From: Azolla caroliniana
Lineage: Eukaryota > Plantae > Polypodiophyta
Reading direction: 5' to 3'
DNA length: 12,803 nt
Assembly (NCBI GenBank): GCA_043228905.1
Contig: JBHGNT010001032.1
Location: 1 to 12,803, forward strand
Part shown: one piece after another, positions 8,635-12,803 of the stretch
Layout: every line of letters starts with the position of its first letter
How positions within the stretch are numbered: position 1 is the first letter of the stretch
Notes under the pieces: model-generated
Database searches by the model: none
Told to the model about the DNA's origin: nothing
Seen by the model: the letters and a program-made list of their open reading frames with translations, nothing else
Program-made: the position numbers and the translations under genes

Positions 8635-10608
8635 TATACGCCGAAGCACTCTCTTGCTTTCTCAACTCGTGGCATCTCAACCTACGTGGTCTTCTTGTAC
8701 CTCATTCTCACCAAAGCATCATGGATATAGAATTTGCAGTTGACACAACGGTCTACCTGCAAGGGAACTTGGAAAACCTCCAAACGCTAGAAAGTGGGTT
8801 AGTTGTATTTTGAAAGAGATCCAATACCATGATCAATTGGCACAAATCTTGCGCAATATGGCTTTCTCATGAAACACATCCGGTGTGGCACCCACATCCC
8901 GCTTTCAAATGGATCAATCAAGGAGCGAGCACCAAATATTGGGTTTCCAAATTGGTTTCAACATACCGCCGGAGACTATGATTGCACCCGTTATCCATTC
9001 CATTCGACAAAAGTTGATACATTGGAGTTCGAAAAAATTGTTGCTAGCGGGTCGCATCATAGTGGCAAACTAGGTACTACACGCAACAACATGGTACAGT
9101 CTATCATGCTGGACAATCTCCAAGGAAAGTATACATAAGATTCAATGACTGGTTCGCAACTACATTTGGTCTGGTAAGGAAGACCATGTAACTCGTGCCA
9201 AGGTGGCGTTGGCCTATACTCACAACGCCTAATCAAGGATGAATCTAATCAACTACTGGGATCACATAAGGTGTTGTCATGGGGATACATTGCAAAAGGT
9301 TCAAGAAAAAGTATAGAATGTTGGCGACGGTTTATGTCACTGCCAATACAAGATCAAGCCAACATACTCCATGGAATCAGTGGCGAATGGACTATGAGAT
9401 CGGAAATCATTAATGTTCTATTGACTAGGGAAACTGCTACTCAAAGGACAACAATGGAGAAATGGATAGGGCACGAGGAGGAGGGATCTCTGATCCTGAG
9501 AGGTAGGGGACCACCAGGTAGGATCGAAGGCTCTGAATTGCAAGACATTGAGACACCAACATAGAATAACGCAATTCGAGTACTCGCGTATACTGGTCAT
9601 AAATGGATTGTAGATCCTGATCTAATCAAAGTACAACCTGATTGGCACATATGTACTCATGAAAACACATGGCTACGTAAGGTCAGTTGAGACCCTTTGC
9701 AATGGACATGGCTTGATCCTTACGCGGGGCCAGTAAGCAAACCCATTCCTTTCTTCCAATTCACAACTAGATTGGGTCGCCACATTCTAGCTGCTCAAAC
9801 CGCCCGATAGTCGGTTGCTGCGAAGGTCTAGCACACATTTCAAGTTCCTCCCACAATTATCACCAAGTTTTGGTAGAAAATCTGGAAACAAGAACACGCA
9901 AGACGAATTACCACATTCCAATGACTATTAATACATAAGTCCCTACTGATGGGAGCATGGCAACTTGGGAACCTTAGCTCTCCTAATTGTGTAGAGTGCC
10001 CAAATGCAGTTGAATCAATACGACATGCTCTGTGGGAGTGCCCGACGTCCCATCGAATATGGCGGGGGGATGGCCGCTTGTTACAATTATGCCAGGTGCA
10101 AGGCTCAAGCAAGTGGGGAAATATATGTTGGCTATCATGGCAGACCCCAGTTGGCAGATATGAGCATCAGGAGGAGGGGATGACTTTGGTGATAAAAGCA
10201 CAAAAAGTTTTTTTCTCCACCAGCGGCAATATCCACTCAACTCCTCTTAATGACAAATCTCAAGTTGTGTTGGAATTGGTTAGCCCAATAACTCTTTGGA
10301 TTCTATGGAAACAACGGTGTAGACAGGTCTTCTCCAACCAACCCATGCATCCAACAAGGTTACAACAAGAGATATGTAGTGAAATTGTAGCCACTCTCAA
10401 GAGCCAATACGATGGCCTCAAGGGTGGCTTTGAGGGAGTTGAAAGACAACGAATAGCCTTCATCCAACAATGGTCGTCCTCTCCCTTTCTTGAGTCAGTG
10501 GGCATCCACATAACATGGAACTATCGTGTCCCTACAAGGATATGTACATAATCATCTCATTTGTAAATTTTTTTAAGTAATGGAAGGAGTTTTTTTTGGA
10601 AAAAAAAA
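8635..10608 (+). mobile_element. 5'-truncated, inactivated L1-type LINE with A-tail and 14-bp TSD
   Basis: RT remnants EFAVDTTVYL (decayed F/YADD), INWHKS, ILGFQIG (YLG), WSSKKLLLAGRIIVAN, NYIWSGK...RAKVA; zf-RVT CVECPNAVESIRHALWEC; LWILWKQRCRQVF; stop at 10549-10551; A-run 10600-10611; AAACCCACAATTGG at both 8621-8634 and 10609-10622. Many stops and frameshifts. Confidence 0.92.
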
Positions 10609-10622
10609 AAACCCACAATTGG
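10609..10622 (+). repeat. Right target-site duplication AAACCCACAATTGG
   Basis: Identical to 8621-8634; merges with the end of the A-tail. Confidence 0.9.
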
Positions 10623-10790
10623 GTGGGATGTGTAATCATTGTCTCATTTCCATAAATGTCATGATTCTCCCTCTCTTTTTACTATAATTTGCTTACCTGT
10701 GAGACGTCATAGACACTATTAGCACTATATCTTGGGTTGGAAACCCAATTTTCTCACTTCTCTCTTACTCCATAGATATCTCTTATTTCA

Positions 10791-10877
10791 CTAGATGCCA
10801 CTGTGGAACGTAGGGGTTGAACCCATGACCACCTGGTCTCCGTTGGGTAACCTTACCAACTGGCTACATCCATCTAG
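10791..10877 (-). mobile_element. tRNA-derived SINE-like element or tRNA pseudogene (Pol III A and B boxes)
   Basis: The minus strand reads GGATG-TAGCCAGTTGG (A box, 10866-10856), 32 nt, then GGTTCAACCCC (B box, 10823-10813). No convincing full cloverleaf, tail or TSD was seen. Confidence 0.6.
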
Positions 10878-10888
10878 GCTCCTCCTTC

Positions 10889-11040
10889 GCTCTCTCTCTC
10901 TTTTTTTGTAAATGATGGCTTTCACTACGAAAGAGAAAAACACCACCATGACTACTCTCTCTCTCTCTCTCTCCTCCTCTCTTTGTGTCTTTGTCTTCGT
11001 CTCTCTCTTTGAGTGAGGGAGTGAGTGAGTGTCTCTCTCT
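10889..11040. repeat. Interrupted (CT)n microsatellite cluster
   Basis: CT runs near 10889-10900, 10955-10975, 11000-11008 and 11032-11040. Confidence 0.75.
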
Positions 11041-11178
11041 CACGTTGGACAAAATGTTTCTCAACCACACTTACAACAATGATCTCACAATTAAGGGCCA
11101 CCCATGTAGAGGCCAACAACAATCTTAGCAACGAGCCATTTGTTATATATGCTTTTATTATTATTATCTGTCAAGCCC

Positions 11179-11698
11179 CCCCTCCTCCCATCCACAACAA
11201 TTAATGTTCCCCGCATCCACAACAATTAACTTGCAATTAAGAGCTATGCATAGAGATCCCAAGGGAGAAGGACATGTTTCATACTACGACAATGTGAAGC
11301 ATATACCACCCCTCCTCCCATCCACAACAATTAATGTTCCCCGCATCCACAACAATTAACTTGCAATTAAGAGCTATGCATAGAGATCCCAAGGGAGAAG
11401 GACATGTTTCATACTACGACAATGTGAAGCATATACCACCCCTCCTCCCATCCACAACAATTAATGTTCCCCGCATCCACAACAATTAACTTGCAATTAA
11501 GAGCTATGCATAGAGATCCCAAGGGAGAAGGACATGTTTCATACTACGACAATGTGAAGCATATACCACCCCTCCTCCCATCCACAACAATTAATGTTCC
11601 CCGCATCCACAACAATTAACTTGCAATTAAGAGCTATGCATAGAGATCCCAAGGGAGAAGGACACGTTTCATACTACGACAATGTGAAGCATATACCA
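11179..11698. repeat. Tandem array, exactly 4 x 130 bp
   Basis: Units start at 11179, 11309, 11439 and 11569 and are identical except C instead of T at 11665 in copy 4. Each unit contains CATCCACAACAATTAA twice, 25 bp apart. Confidence 0.98.
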
Positions 11699-11780
11699 AA
11701 TGCAACAACAAACCTCTCACACCGTCTTCAAGCTAGTTACAAAGTCCCTCACCTTTTTACATTGGCGCCTTGTGGGAGTG

Positions 11781-11806
11781 CACACACACACACACACACA
11801 CACACA
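11781..11806. repeat. (CA)13 microsatellite
   Basis: Read directly. Confidence 0.95.
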
Positions 11807-11911
11807 TGTACCATGCACGAGCATTGGAGCAACCTTGTGTAAATGGGCTTTAGTCCATGTGTGGACATTACCATGAGGGTCATGTCCTCTTTGATGGCAA
11901 TGTCCCTGTTA

Positions 11912-11931
11912 TCTCTCTCTCTCTCTCTCTC
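11912..11931. repeat. (TC)10 microsatellite
   Basis: Read directly. Confidence 0.95.
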
Positions 11932-12268
11932 CCTTTCATGGAGATGAGATACTTACTACCTACACACCTAGAAACTCCGAAATAACCTACCCAAAAGAGG
12001 AAGGGGATGGGGGTTTATGCAAAATTGTGTAGTGTTTTTTTGGTTGAGGGGTTAGAAAAATAAATACGTAATATTTGTTCTTTTTGGGAGGAGGGGGGGG
12101 GTAGGTGGGGTCAGTTACACTTGGAAATGTAATGAACTAAAAAATAAATGCATTTTTATTAGAAATATGTAGTTATTTCTTATTTCTTTTTCCCTTTTAT
12201 TTATTTATTTCTGGTTATTTTCTCCACAAGATCAATCAAATGAAAATGAAGGAATGAATGAATGCCTC

Positions 12269-12271
12269 CAC

Positions 12272-12329
<58 letters not shown>

Positions 12330-12361
12330 TTCTACTGCCTACTCTCTCTCTCTCTCTCTCT
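12269..12361. repeat. Compound microsatellite (CA)11 AA (CA)17 ... (CT)10 in the promoter or leader of the BZR-domain gene
   Basis: CA tract 12269-12326 with one interruption at 12291; CT tract 12342-12361. Confidence 0.95.
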
Positions 12362-12385
12362 GAGCTTTTCTAAGCTCCGCTGGCT

Positions 12386-12454
12386 ATGGCGGAGCCACGC
12401 CTCCTCTGCACAGATCTCCCTCTCCCTCCTTTCTTGCCCTTCTCAGCTCCCTGA
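12386..12454 (+). other. Candidate upstream ORF, 22 aa (MAEPRLLCTDLPLPPFLPFSAP*)
   Basis: ATG in strong plant context gctATGGCG; stop TGA 12452-12454; out of frame with ATG 12609. Transcription across it is assumed, not shown. Confidence 0.35.
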
Positions 12455-12608
12455 ATCCTCCCCATTGACCTTTCCTTCGTTCTTGTCGCCTATTCATCAT
12501 CATCATCATCTTCTTCTTCTCCTTCTTCATGTCTGAGCTAGGGCTTTTGCCTCTGTGAATCTTTGTTTCGTTTCTCCCTCCCTCCCTTCTTTGCATAGTG
12601 CCATCTCC

Positions 12609-12803
12609 ATGGAGGAGGTAGATCGTGCTGCAGAAGAAGATCAAGAGCTGCATAGCATGCAAAACGAAGAGGAGAAGGAAAAGAAGCCTAGGGTTTCCAG
12701 CGAGAAAGAGAAGGAGAAGACCAAGATAAGGGAGAGGCACAGACGATCTATCACCACCAAAATCCTTACTGGTTTACGTAAACATGGTAACTACAACTTG
12801 CCT
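12609..12803 (+). CDS. 5' part of a BES1/BZR1 DNA-binding-domain protein (BZR1-BAM, BAM7/BAM8-like, or non-canonical BZR/BES factor); runs off the window
   Basis: Open frame [65 protein letters not shown]. The EKEKTKxRERHRR-xIT-x-IL-xGLRxHGNYNL pattern is the start of the BES1_N domain. An in-frame stop lies upstream at 12534-12536; start context tccATGG. Confidence 0.9.
   Translation, partial: MEEVDRAAEEDQELHSMQNEEEKEKKPRVSSEKEKEKTKIRERHRRSITTKILTGLRKHGNYNLP

Noticed and set aside
9949-10551. 200-aa ORF as an independent or domesticated zinc-finger gene
   Set aside because: It is the surviving 3' end of LINE ORF2 and starts in the middle of the zf-RVT domain after an in-frame stop at 9922.
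8043-10622. Twin-priming inversion joining the minus- and plus-strand LINE pieces into one insertion
   Set aside because: The TSD encloses only the plus-strand element, and the two zf-RVT regions are dissimilar, indicating different families.
10732-10748. Hairpin TTGGGTT-gga-AACCCAA
   Set aside because: A 7-bp stem is expected by chance in 12.8 kb and has no supporting context.
10805-10871. Functional tRNA gene
   Set aside because: A and B boxes are present, but I could not fold a proper acceptor stem and anticodon arm; kept only as a tRNA-derived element.
11179-11698. CRISPR-like appearance of the repeat array
   Set aside because: Units are contiguous and identical with no unique spacers, there are no cas genes, and the context is eukaryotic.
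11594-11842. 82-aa ORF starting in the last repeat unit
   Set aside because: Made of repeat and (CA)n sequence; the 130-bp unit is not a multiple of 3; no motif.
12609-12623. The BZR-domain protein begins with MEEVD, the Hsp90 TPR-binding motif, near a chaperone gene
   Set aside because: The motif needs a free C-terminal carboxylate; at an acidic N-terminus it is most likely coincidence.
12258-12740. ORFs 12258..12536 (+) and 12384..12740 (-)
   Set aside because: Low-complexity translations of microsatellites (THTH, LSLS, MMMM) and antisense of the BZR exon.

Overview
Land-plant nuclear genomic DNA (spliceosomal introns, plant-type genes; a fern or other non-angiosperm origin is only a weak impression). 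The main feature is an intact 9-exon cytosolic Hsp110/SSE-type gene (HSP70-14/15-like, + strand, 2478-6670, 845 aa as I splice it). It has one GC-AG intron and an upstream region with a palindromic heat-shock element, telo-boxes and C-rich tracts. Downstream is a cluster of dead transposons: a probable Mutator TIR remnant, two diverged minus-strand LINE zf-RVT fragments, and a 5'-truncated plus-strand L1-type LINE (8635-10608) with an A-tail and a perfect 14-bp target-site duplication. These are followed by a tRNA-like Pol III (SINE-head) element, a near-perfect 4 x 130-bp tandem array and microsatellites. The window ends in the first 65 codons of a BES1/BZR1-domain gene of the BZR1-BAM or non-canonical type (12609 to end), which the ORF track missed and which is preceded by a candidate uORF. 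I find no strong evidence of a wholly new system. The best leads are the BZR-domain gene and its leader, the Hsp110 splicing architecture, the tRNA-like element and the young repeat array.
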